Positions 1 to 10,782 of a DNA stretch of 64,000 nucleotides are shown piece after piece. The stretch is from a bacterium (GTDB lineage: Bacteria; Hinthialibacterota; Hinthialibacteria; Hinthialibacterales; Hinthialibacteraceae), in assembly GCA_963663405.2 (NCBI GenBank), contig CAXXSM010000053.1:160001-224000 (forward strand). The letters are read 5' to 3'. Position numbers and translations under genes: made by a program. The notes beneath the pieces are model-generated. The model saw only the letters and a list, made by a program, of their open reading frames with translations. It ran no database searches and was not told the origin of the DNA. Each line of letters opens with the position of its first letter. The first letter of the stretch is position 1.

Positions 1-3000
1 CTCCGCGATGATTTCCACATAGGGCTGGTACACATAGACAGCGTTGTTGTTGTGGGTTAGTTTCGCGTTCTCAATCTCAAACCGGGCTCCTTCAGCGGTT
101 CCCGTCACAGCCCGGTCCGCGTAACGTATATCCACATTTTGAAGATAGCCACGCGCTTCGCTGTTGTTGAATCGGACTCCCTGCCAATCCCCTGCGACAG
201 GAGCGCTGCCGTCTCCATCTTGATTCGTGTCACCACCAACAGAATCATCCACAAGTGATGTAAGAATTACGGGCTTATCGATCGCGCCTTCGATACTCAA
301 TGTTCCCCGGACTGTCAGCGATGTATTCCCACTGAATTTGAGAATGCTGCCGGGGAGAATGGTAAGCGCAGCGCCCTCCTCTACAATCACGGTTTTTTTA
401 ATTAGGTAGGGCCCTTCCCACGTTGTCTGCGTACGGATCGATCCCGATATCGATGTGAATCCCACCCAAAAATCGGCGGTATAATCTCCACCGGGAATTC
501 CGTCCGCGTTTCCATCAAGAGCATTTCCGTGATGATCTCGAATGGAATCCGAAACGGTTAAACGATATCTATCCGGGGGCATATCGCCTTTCGGAATAAA
601 AGTAAGTATGCGTGTTTCATTGTTGTAGTTGATAAATCCATCGTTTTCCGGAATGGTGATTTCGTTTCCGTTATCAAATACGCCATCCCCTCCGCTGGCG
701 ATTAGGGAAAACGCATGGGCGGTGATTGTATCCTTGTCTACATCATTATCGAAAAACTCGATGGTGATTTGATTGGGAGATTGCGATAGACATTCTTTGT
801 TGTAAGGAGAACTTTTAAGGATTCTTGGCGGTCCCGTCTCAATGTAAAAAGGGCCAAGACGCTGTGTTTCACTTCTATTTCCCGCCCAGTCTACCGCGCT
901 TAAATGGAACCAGTGTTCCTCTCCATCGCCTAAGTCTGGACTACTGATTGATATCTGGCTTGCATTTATATAATGATGGTCCACAGGATCGGTATTTTCA
1001 CGCGTCGACCATGCGTACCAATATCCTGAGACGCCGCTGAGAGAATCGCCGGCATTCTCCCACAAGATATCAATACTTGGATCTCCGGACCATTCCATGG
1101 TTTCATGGGAAGAACTGCTAAGTGTGGAAATCCATGGAGAAGACTGATCCACGATGAAATCATAGATATAATCACCTCCCGGAACTCCGTCTCCCGATGG
1201 TATGAAACGAGAGGAATCAGGCGTGTTATTATTCTCCCCATCTAAATGGTTGTCCATGAAATCAACGATCGCATCTGTAATCGTGAGACGATAGAAATCT
1301 TCAGGAAATCCGGCTGTTCGACGTAAACTCGCCGTAAGTGAGGGCCGATCGTACTCGATCGAGTCAGGGAGAATCTGCGCATCATCATTTGTACCGAGTT
1401 TGCCATCAGACCCAGGCGTGGAGATGAGAAGTGTGTCCGGATTTAGACTCGATGGATCGATCACTTCAGAAAATTGGATGCGGATTTCGTTGAGATTTTG
1501 CACCGCTTGGCCCGGCGCGGGAATCGTTTTCAACAACACGTGGAGCGGAGGCGAGTTCATTCCTCCACCAGGCGACTCGATCCCCGCTATCCCCCATGGC
1601 TACAATGTCCAAATGGCCATCGCCGTTCAGATCAGCGGCTCGAATCGATGCGGCGCCATCGAACGCTTCATCTAGAAGATGCTTTCGAAAGACTCCCCCT
1701 CCCCGATTTTCAAACCATGCGACGGTGTCCATTTCAGCGGCTGTAGCCAGTACATCCAAGTCTCCATCTTCATCTAGATCCGCCGTATCCAATCCACGCG
1801 CATTGTTCATCTTATCGGCAATGAGACGCTTAGAACCGAAATTCCCTTCGCCATCATTCTCCCACCAGGCGATCTCCCCTTCATTCCAAGCGGCCGCTAA
1901 AACATCCAGATCACCATCGCCATCTAAATCGGCGGCGTGTACGGTTTCCGGTCCGTCGATATCATTCTCAATGGTTTGTTTCTCTCCAAATGTTCCTCCG
2001 CCGGTATTTTGGAACCACGCCAACTCATCATCACGAAAAGCGGCTGCGAGAAGATCGGGCAAACCGTCTCCATTGAGATCCGCTGGATGGATCCAACGCG
2101 CTTCATCAAATGAGGTTTCTACGGTATGTTTGTCATAGACGCCGATATCAATATTTTCCCACCAGGCGATCTCATCATCATCGTTCAAGGCTGCGGCGAT
2201 ATCCAGATCCCCATCTCGATCGAGATCACTCGCACAAGCGGAAAAGGGACCATCGGCCATGCGATCGATTGGATGTTTGGCAAAGAAGGAGCTTCCATCG
2301 TTTTCCCACCAAGCGATTTGATCTTCTTTTTTAGATCCCGCAATTATATCAAGATCTCCATCGCCATCCATATCCGCTCCCGCTATGGAGAACGCATCTT
2401 CGAAGAAGCCTACTGTCACTCGATCTGTGAAATGACCATAACCGTCATTGGACCATAGCGCGATCCCTGACCGGCGGGATGACGCAATCAAATCCAAATC
2501 TATGTCTCCATCAAAATCTCCCACATCCAAATTCGTTCCCCCCTCATATGTAAGATCGATATCATGTTGCGAGAAAAAAAGACCGGGAACAATCGTGAAG
2601 GATGCGGTGTAATAGTCATCCGGGATTTGCCCCGGCGTCTTGTCCCCATTTTGATCTATCGCCACGCCGGATGAATTCAGGATTGTTGGCCCAGCGATCA
2701 TTTCATACGTTCCGAAATCGGACTGGGATTCAATCGCAATAGCAAGAGTTCGATCATCGATCCAGGTATAGCCGGTGATTGCAATGGCGCCGCGGGGGCC
2801 CACAACGTCAATAACATCCTCTTCAGGTGAGAAAGACAGCAGGTCCATCGAATGGGAAAAGTAGAGACGAATTTCGTGGACTGTTTCACTCACTTCGCCG
2901 AATGGATAGTGAGCCGCAATGGAGGGAGTTCCAGGATCTTGGTTGAGTGAGACACGATCGATAAACCATCCCGAATCCGTATATCGGGAGGAATTATGGA

Positions 3001-4006
3001 GAAAGGCCAAGCGTATCTTTTTCCCGGCGTAACTCGTTAATTCCACCCCTGTGTGCGCCCAATCGCTTTTTCCCTTGATCGATCGCACTGTCGTCCACTC
3101 TCCCCATGCGTTCTCCATCCATTCCGAGATTTGAACGCTGCCGGAACCAGTGGAAGGATACTCATACCATTCCCAATAATGAAACCATATGTTGCCAAGC
3201 GACGAAACTGGGGGTAGAACGACTGTTGGACTGATGAGACGGCTGGCGATTTCCGGCGCATATTCTCGATCCATCGCCGTTCCCGCGCACTGTACACCTT
3301 CCACTGCGCGATCCGGATTATAAGTTGGTTGACCCACTTCCCATATCCCCGCATCGGTATACCAGTCGTTCCATCCGTTTTCAAATCCTTCCACTTCCGG
3401 CCACTCCGGCGCGCCGAATCGGATTTCCACACGATCGATATACCAACCGGCTCTTACACTAGAACTTCCATCATGGTGAAACGCTAACCGGATCTGGCGC
3501 CCGGTGTACGCCGTCAAATCCAAGGCGACAAAATGCCAGTCCACACTCGTACGATCGCTCTTTGTGGTCGAGCCAACCGGTAGCCAATTGCTCCATTCAC
3601 CGCCTATCCACTCTGAAACTTGAACAGTCCCTTCCGTGTAACTGCCATACTCATACCATTGCCAATATTGCAGACGGATCTCCTCATTCCCTGAAATTGC
3701 AGGAAGTGTTAAAGGGGGAGAGATCAAGCGGCTGTTTGTATATGCCGGATAATCCCCATCCAAAATGGTTCCCGCACAGTTCGCGCCCTCGAATGACGCC
3801 GGACAATCCCCAGACGGCGTTCCGATCGCCCAGATTCCATTCTCAATAATCCAATCCCCTCCTCCACTCTCGAATCCTTCTTCGAAAAGAACGGTGTCCA
3901 ATCCCAGACCGGTTGGAATTCCGCTTGCTTCTTGGGAGTAACATCCAATTGGAAACGAAACAAAAGATAGAATGATGATAACGAGAATCAGACGTGGCGC
4001 ATTCAT
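1..4006 (-). CDS. Giant secreted/cell-surface protein, 3' partial, at least 1335 aa: signal peptide, two tandem adhesin/immune-inhibitor-like beta-sandwich repeats, Ig-like (SbsA/Big_5-type) domains, 7 FG-GAP/VCBS repeats, FN3-like segment, start of a right-handed beta-helix
   Basis: ORF 1466..4006 has a signal peptide, duplicated FE.GFE.G..DW...G.W..G.P units and seven D.DGDGDLD motifs. Removing one T from the T4 run at 1527-1530 joins it to a stop-free frame that I translated to position 1 (VETIPAPGQAVQNLNEIRIQFSE...GNALDGNADGIPGGDY...LTILPGSILKF...GDWQGVRF). Confidence 0.88.
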
Positions 4007-4728
4007 GAATCATCCTCCATTTTTTAACATCGTATCAACATTGGAGTGACACAGATTAAATTGAACGGTTGCATATATGAATTTGTGATATCAACAATAA
4101 TGTATTTTAATTCACATGTCAAAAAACTACCAATCTTATCCTACTTAAAAGATCTATTCACTCTTCTTGTTTACCCGGCATATGTCTACATTTGCATCCC
4201 ATCTAATCTCATGGATGCCCAAAAAAGTCAAGAGTATTGTTCGATAATCGATTACGGGAGATATGAGGACTACACTGAACTCTTCATTCGATGCTAGTTC
4301 AGCGGTAAAAGAAAAGGATCAATAACGTCATTTTTAGATTAAAAAGAGAATGAATTGTTATATGAAAATTAGAATTCGAATACGCCAGTTTAATAAACAA
4401 AACAATATCATGCCCTTAGAACATTAGGTACGCGGATGCAAACAACTTGTACTTGTGATTATAAGTCTTATATATTGAGTATGTTATGAATATTATATTT
4501 ATGAAGATTACTTATGAGATTAGTCTTTATCGTCCGAAATGGGCTTTACTAGGAGTTGAAACATCGTTACTTCATTGACTTGATGTCAGCGAACAATGGT
4601 AACTTTCTCTAAAAATGTAGAGTGTTTTCTGTTTTTAAATGAATTTTTTCCTTTTGACTTCATAAATTCAAACTGAGAGTAAATTCAATTTCGATAAATG
4701 AATATGTCGTCCAAATGAGCTCAGCATA

Positions 4729-5058
4729 TCATGCCGTACCGATAAAGTACATGATTAAGATGAATACATCCGCCTGCCGCTCGCGAGAAAGAATAATGTC
4801 ATCCATTTCTGGTTTTATGATCATGTCAAACTTATTATTATCCTTCAAGGCGTCATTCAGGTTGTCTAGATTTGCATTATCATTGAGTTCCTTAGGTGAA
4901 GTCGATTGCATTCCATCGGTTTCAACAGCATGCAACTGGATAGAACTGATGTTAATCTCCTTCCCTTGTATGAAATAAGGAAAATAATCCCGCTTAATCT
5001 CTGCCTTAAAATAGAGGAATTTACAAAAAAGGGGCTGATAGATATATGTGATACTCAT
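4729..5058 (-). pseudogene. Orphan gene fragment resembling the extreme C-terminus of Tc-toxin A-like proteins
   Basis: Ends DYFPYFIQGKEINISSIQL...DVFILIMYFI, recalling the FP(Y/F)..QG..I.I / D(I/V)F....Y tail of TcA-type proteins. No plausible N-terminus. Low-GC scar. Recognition is from memory only. Confidence 0.3.
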
Positions 5059-5092
5059 ATAGTATTAATGGAAATGAGCATTTTTTTATAAA

Positions 5093-6313
5093 AGAACCCG
5101 GACCAGATTCCTGCGAGATCTGTGGGAGAACATTACAACCTATGGATATTATTAGTAAGATGGTACGTCTACAGAACGTCACTGCGACGCGAGCAGATAG
5201 AATTACCTCGGATAAGGAGGAACGTCAGCGAATTGGGTATGATATTCAAAGTACATTCGAGTTTGCAAAAATTAACGAAGAGATTGATTTTCGTCAGGCG
5301 GAAGTTAAATCTAGCGATCAGAGAATAGCCAGATTACGTTACGGAGATACTACGACGATATGGCGAATTAATCTAGGCTGGAAAAAACGAAAGCATCAAA
5401 ATGAATATGGCTTTTTATTGGACGGAGAACGTGGAGTTTGGGCAATAAACAAAGATGTTGACGATACTGATCAAGAAAGTCCTTTAATAGGACGTATTGT
5501 CCGTGTTGTTCCCTATGTCCAGAATGTTCGCAATGCCTTAACATTTGAGTTAGAAGGCAGACAAGACGTAAAGGTAATGGCAACATTGCAAGCAGCGCTT
5601 AAACAGGGCATTCAGCAACTATATCAACATGAGCCAAACGAACTTGCAGTAGAACCTTTACCTAATGCAGATAATCGAAATCTTCTCTTTTTAATGAAGC
5701 AGCCGAAGGGGGGGCAGGTGTTCTTCGTCAGATTGTCGAAGATTCTCATGCAATTTCTGAAATTGCACGAACTGCGCTTTCAATCTGTCACTTCGATCCA
5801 AAGTCTGGGAAAGATCTTGCATCAGATGTTTGTGAAGCGGCATGTTACGATTGTCTATTGGAATACGGCAATCAAACTGATCACTGTAATATTGATCGAC
5901 AGTTAATTCTTTCACTTTTACAAACACTAACCAAAGCGACCACAGAAATTTCAGGTTCACGTTATAGCCGAATAGATCACATGGACAAATTGTTGCGCCT
6001 TTGTGATTCGGAATTAGAGAAACGATGGCTCCAACGTGTTCATGAATCTCAACATCGTCTTCCTACTCATGCGCAATATCTAATTTCCTCTTGCTCCACT
6101 CGACCGGACTTTTATTATTCTGATGCTAATATGACTGTTTTTATTGATGGGCCTGTGCATGATAATCCAGCAGAAAAGATAAAAGACAAACAAATCACTG
6201 AACGGCTAATAGAGGCTGGATACTTAGTTATCAGGTTTCATCATGCAGCCAACTGGAATAGGATTTTCAATGATTACCAAGATATATACGGTAAGAGAAA
6301 GGAAAACATATGA
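5093..6313 (+). pseudogene. C-terminal remnant of a DEAD/DEAH-box helicase with DUF1998 Zn-binding domain and DUF559/Vsr-like endonuclease tail
   Basis: ORFs 5142..5906 and 5858..6313 join through a frameshift near 5690: LLF/EAAEGGAGVLRQIVED...CHFD...CEAACYDCLLEYGNQTDH (DUF1998 signature), then PDFYY...VFIDGPVHD...GYLVIRF. The 5' helicase core is missing. Confidence 0.8.
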
Positions 6314-6936
6314 CTTCTACATTTACTCCGGGAGTCATGGTAACAGCACGTGGTCGTGAATGGGTAGTATTACAGACTCGGATGATAATGTATTAATGCT
6401 CCGGTCTGTCGGTGGACTGGACGATGAAGTAACCGGAATTTGTACGACTATCGAAGATGTGCGATCCACGTGGGAATGAAGATGCTTTTCGTTCACTTCA
6501 TTCCTTGGTCGATTAAAAATTTGCTAATCTCCCTCGTGACATGGAATCATATAGCCATTCTGCGTTACGAATAGAATTAGCTAAGCATTTAGTTTAACGG
6601 CTTCGCGGCAATGTAATTGCTATGGATGAAGATTTGAATATTGAGACTTTTTTTCCAGAGCGTGAAGACGCGGAAGAGAGTTATACGCTTTCACCAGAAT
6701 ATAAATAGTTGTTTGCAAAAATATTCGATTTTGCGAGCTAATTGGTAAGTGATGAATCGGGCAATAAACGCAATCGCAGAGTTCGATGGTGGTCGGCTTT
6801 AGCGCTCCTTCGAGCGATGGCTTCAAGTCCAGCTGCTGCCGCTGCGACGCATCGAAATCGAGCTGCAACAGCAAATGCTGAAAGTGATGAAGATGTCGAA
6901 AAACTAGGGCGTCAAGCAATTCTCGATCAGGAAGAA
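6310..6936 (+). pseudogene. Decayed SNF2-family helicase (DrmD-like)
   Basis: ATGA overlap with the upstream gene. Reads MTSTFTPGVMVTARGREWVVL/DSDDNVLMLRSVGGLDDEVTGI, then after an internal deletion GNEDAFRSL...FPEREDAEESYTLSPEY...VRWWSALALLRAMASSPAAAAAT, with four in-frame stops. Confidence 0.78.
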
Positions 6937-7275
6937 CAGATCGAGAATCAGCGAGGCTTTTTGGAGGAAGTGGGGATCACGCGGAAAATCCAACTGCGAA
7001 ACGACCAGGATTTAATAGCATCGGCGTGAAGCCAACGCCAAACCGTGGCCCCGCTGATGAAAACGATAAGGCCTTGTTGAACGGCTTCGCGCGCAATATC
7101 CGCATGGCTGAATCGAGAGAGAGGAACGCCATGCTTACGGGGAAATTCGCAAGCGAGGGCCTTAATCCCCACAACGATCTCAGGGAGAAAAAACGTGGGG
7201 GCGTCCGCGCCTGGGTCGATCCTGGAGACCGGCCAAGCGCTCTTGAAAGAAACGCTTTCGCCATATACTGATAAA
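6937..7275 (-). mobile_element. IS630-family transposase remnant
   Basis: Minus-strand translation WRKRFFQERLAGLQDRPRRGRP / IKALACEFP...PLSRFS...ISGATVWRWLHADAIKSW...SWIF/PRDPHFLQKASLILDL matches the IS630 HTH-linker region. DDE domain absent. Confidence 0.8.
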
Positions 7276-7636
7276 ATGTTATCACTACCTCATATTGAAA
7301 AGACGGATTACTATCCCTTTTTGAATATTTCCCAAAAAAGTCAAACACAATTAAAAATGAAACAAAAAAATTTCATCTATTCGCTTTATAAATCATTACT
7401 TAGTCAGAGTAATCGGACTAAAAATATATTAAACAAAATATTCGTTAGTGACATTGATATAGATATTATTTGTAACTTTCCTTATCGTCTCATTATTATT
7501 TAGCCCGGTCGGTTTAATTCTGACCATTTATATTAGCAAGGGGAAGCCATTCATACAAAAAAGTTACTATGATCTTCTACTCGCAATCCATCAGAGTAAA
7601 CTACATATCACGAAACCGTAACATGGAGAAGAAAAT

Positions 7637-10195
7637 ATGATGCGTCATTTGAAAAAGATATTGCCGATTTTGATTGGTACAACAATTTGCTTTGTGATGG
7701 GCCAACCTTTATGCGCATCAGATTTGAAATCGGACACGGTACTGCGAGTTTCCAGTTTTTCTCCATGCGCGCCGGAAATAATAACCATCAGGCAGGATGC
7801 TACCTCCCTGGAATCGTTAGCGGCCAATGAAGTTAGACGCTATGTCTATTTACGTACGGGTAAATTGACGCCGGTGGAAAGGAACGTGACTCACGGTGAT
7901 CGTATCATTGTGTCCGTTAAGGGGCAATCCTTTTGCGACGAAGTGGGGAGGGAATTAGCGTCGCAGCAATTCGCATTGAAAACCGGCGAGTCGAACAACG
8001 ATACCATCTGGTGGATCGTAGGTGGAGATGAGATCGGCGTTTTGTATGGCGCGTACCGTTTTGTCGAGAAACTGGGAGTGCGCTTCAGCTTGGATGAGGA
8101 TATATTGCCGGATGAGATGATGAGCGGCGACTGGCCTGAATTCAATGAAATAGGTATGCCTCGCTTTGCTTTGCGCGGCCTTCAGCCTTTTCATGATTTT
8201 TCTGTTGGGCCGGATTGGTGGAATCTCAATGATTATCAAAATGTTTTAACGCAAATGGCAAAGTTACGGATGAACTTCATCGGTTTTCACACCTATCCGA
8301 GTTGGAATCCTTCCACCGGACCTGAGGCCAACGTCTGGACGGGATTACCCGAAGATGTGGACGATCAGGGCAATGTTCGTTTTGGATATGAAGCCGGTGT
8401 TGTAACCACCAGACGCGGCTGGGCTGTAAAACCTTTTCCCACCAGTCACTATGCCTCCGGCGCAGGCTTGCTTTTTGAAAATGACGATTACGCTCCTGAC
8501 TTTATGCTGGAATGTCTGGATTGGCCCCAAACCGAGGAAGCAGGCATTGCCATGTTTAACCGGTACGGGGATTTTCAGCAACGCATTTTCACTCAAGCCC
8601 GTCGTCTGAACATCAAAACCGCTATTGGAACCGAACTGCCTCTCGGCATCCCAAAAGAATTGGCTGCGCGATTAGAATCCAAAGGAATGAAACCGGATGA
8701 TCCAAAGGTGATTAGCCGCTTGTATGAAGGGACGTTTCTTCGAATCATTCGAAAGATGCCGATTGACTATTATTGGCTTTGGATACCGGAGGTCTGGTTG
8801 GGAATGGAACCGGGCTGCCAAGGCTGGGAGATGACCACAAGAGAGAATACAGAACATGATCTGAAACTCGCAGAAGCAACGGTCCAATCGATGAAGGTTC
8901 CTTTCGACTTGGCAACCTGCGGCTGGCGTCTGGGAACTCGCGATGACGCGTTGTGGATGGATCAGCGAGCTCCAAAAAGTTGGCCGATGTCGTCACTCAT
9001 CACCGGAGTGGGAGGCGATCCGGTAGAAAAACAGTATGGAACTATACAGGATCGTCCCAAGTGGGTAATCGGTTGGGCGGAGGATGACGGCACGGCAGGG
9101 GCTCATTGTTGTACCTGTTGGGATTTACAACTCTGGGTCGAGCGTATGATGGTTAACTCGTCGGATGCTTATCGTTACGGTTGTGAAGGCATGTTGGCGA
9201 TCCATTGGCGAACCGCTGCGATATCGCCGAATATTATGGCGTTGGCGCGGGCTGGATGGGATTTCGACGATAACATCTATGCTTCCACCGTCGATAGCAA
9301 AATGCCGGGCATGGATGATTACTGGATGGAATGGGGACGAGGCGTTTTCGGCGGCGAGGCCGGAGCGGAAGCGGGAAGGATCATGCAACAATTCGATGGC
9401 AGCCATCCACGTATCAATGCAATGATTTCGGCGGGAGCGAAAACAAGCGATGTAAGTATTTCAGAGTTTTTTCTTCCTTTGCGCGAGTTGGAATCATTGC
9501 GTTCCCGCATTCAAGGCCCCGGTAATTTGAACCGTTTTGATTATTGGCTCAATTTTATACGAGCGACTCAGCTGCGCGTGCAAACATGGGTAATGGCGGA
9601 TCGCCTTTCTGTAAAAATAAACGAAGTGAAGGCGATTGAGGATGCGAACGACAAGAAGTGTTTTGTGCGGGAAGAAATTCTGCCACTCAAAATAGAGATG
9701 ACACGCAACTATGAAGACATGATCGCAGCCTTTGTCAATTGCGCAAAATCGCCGGGCGAAGTAGGCACGATCGCAAGCATCGAGAGCGGTTCTCGTGTGC
9801 GGATTCTCTCCATTCATGACGCTGCTATAACCGAGATCCTTGGAGAACCATTGCCTCCTGAAACCGTTGTCAATATGGCCTATCGTGGAGAACCACGAAT
9901 TTTCGTTTCTTTAAAATGCTCACAAATGAATATCGATGAGCCGCATGAAATCCGGGTATTTGTACTTTCTGAACAAAAGAGCGTCGGAGTTAATCTATAT
10001 TGGCGTTCTCTTGGCAAGGGGGCTTTCCAGAAGATAATTGCCGGACATCGCAACCGGCAAGCCTACCGAGTGATTCTTCCGGCTCAGTCACAGGGAGCCG
10101 TAGAATACTACCTGGAAGCCATGCTGGATGACGGGAAAAAAATTCTATGGCCGTCCACCGCACCCTCTATCAACCAAACAATGGTCGTATGGTGA
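7637..10195 (+). CDS. Secreted glycoside hydrolase-like protein (alpha-glucuronidase/GH20-type N-terminal domain plus uncharacterised catalytic region)
   Basis: 852 aa, signal peptide, IVGGDEIGVLYGAYRFVEKLGVRF, P.F.LRG..PFHDF, Q.AKLRMNFIGFHTY. RBS GGAG upstream. Confidence 0.7.
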   Translation: MMRHLKKILPILIGTTICFVMGQPLCASDLKSDTVLRVSSFSPCAPEIITIRQDATSLESLAANEVRRYVYLRTGKLTPVERNVTHGDRIIVSVKGQSFCDEVGRELASQQFALKTGESNNDTIWWIVGGDEIGVLYGAYRFVEKLGVRFSLDEDILPDEMMSGDWPEFNEIGMPRFALRGLQPFHDFSVGPDWWNLNDYQNVLTQMAKLRMNFIGFHTYPSWNPSTGPEANVWTGLPEDVDDQGNVRFGYEAGVVTTRRGWAVKPFPTSHYASGAGLLFENDDYAPDFMLECLDWPQTEEAGIAMFNRYGDFQQRIFTQARRLNIKTAIGTELPLGIPKELAARLESKGMKPDDPKVISRLYEGTFLRIIRKMPIDYYWLWIPEVWLGMEPGCQGWEMTTRENTEHDLKLAEATVQSMKVPFDLATCGWRLGTRDDALWMDQRAPKSWPMSSLITGVGGDPVEKQYGTIQDRPKWVIGWAEDDGTAGAHCCTCWDLQLWVERMMVNSSDAYRYGCEGMLAIHWRTAAISPNIMALARAGWDFDDNIYASTVDSKMPGMDDYWMEWGRGVFGGEAGAEAGRIMQQFDGSHPRINAMISAGAKTSDVSISEFFLPLRELESLRSRIQGPGNLNRFDYWLNFIRATQLRVQTWVMADRLSVKINEVKAIEDANDKKCFVREEILPLKIEMTRNYEDMIAAFVNCAKSPGEVGTIASIESGSRVRILSIHDAAITEILGEPLPPETVVNMAYRGEPRIFVSLKCSQMNIDEPHEIRVFVLSEQKSVGVNLYWRSLGKGAFQKIIAGHRNRQAYRVILPAQSQGAVEYYLEAMLDDGKKILWPSTAPSINQTMVVW

Positions 10196-10269
10196 ATTAT
10201 CCTGCTATAAGTTAGTTTCTTATTATTTATAGAGCAATTTAATATCAAACCGCTTTTGGAAGACAAAAA

Positions 10270-10560
10270 GCCATAGCATTTGTTTCTTCGAATCGACGTC
10301 GTTCAATAGGGAAGAAAACTGTTTTGGCGCCTCTTCCTAATGGATCTTTTGACATTCCGCATTAACTTTATTGAGAGTTCTTCCCTTAAATCGATAATGT
10401 GGCCGCCATTCGTTTTACCATTCCGAAAATGAGTTGCAAAGAGATTCCAGATGATCAATTCCTTTGATCATTGCCACTCAATTCAACCATTCGTATTTCA
10501 ACGTTTTGATGACTCTTTTTGTTCGGCGATCGAACCATGTTACTCAACGGCGCCCAAACA
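10270..10560 (-). mobile_element. Decayed integrase-core (rve-type) transposase C-terminus
   Basis: Manual translation: LGAVE*HGSIA/KRVIKTLKYEWLN*VAMIKGIDHLESLCNSFSEW*NEWRPH, showing the (E)R...TLK.E and (Y)N..RPH hallmarks with several stops. Confidence 0.68.
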
Positions 10561-10730
10561 GTGAGTTCGGACAGAGTTTTCTCTCCCTTGATTGCGTTCA
10601 GAGCCACTTTGGTAATAAACGAGCCGCTTAATTGGTTTCGTTTGTTCTTCATGGTCAATCCTCCAAGCTAAGTTGTCGACTCGGAGGATTTCCACCTTGT
10701 ATTTCTGTCCGAATTTTGGGGGGCACTTCA
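10561..10730 (-). mobile_element. IS3-family left end and truncated orfA
   Basis: Starts TGAAGTGCCCCCCAAAATTCGGACA (TG-initiated IS3-type end) at 10730, then RBS GGAGG, then MKNKRNQLSGSFITKVALNAIKGEKTLSEL (IS3 OrfA HTH start). Truncated. Confidence 0.75.
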
Positions 10731-10771
10731 CATCCTGAATATCCTTTAATCCTGTCTATCAAGATTCAAAC
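10731..10771. repeat. Half copy of the ATC-periodic palindrome family (family C)
   Basis: CATCCTGAATATCCTTTAATCCTGTCTATCAAGATTCAAAC shares its start and end with 23543..23584. Confidence 0.6.
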
Positions 10772-10782
10772 AATAACAAACT

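Noticed and set aside
1560-2540. Repetitive DNA in the FG-GAP region
   Set aside because: Explained by protein-level FG-GAP repeats.
6481-6745. Stop-codon reassignment suggested by in-frame TAA/TAG
   Set aside because: TAA, TAG and TGA all terminate intact genes elsewhere in the window, and this gene also has frameshifts and a deletion, so it is a pseudogene.
10245-10300. Possible type I R-M specificity subunit fragment (QKAIA-like)
   Set aside because: Too short; the minus strand is better explained as a transposase tail.
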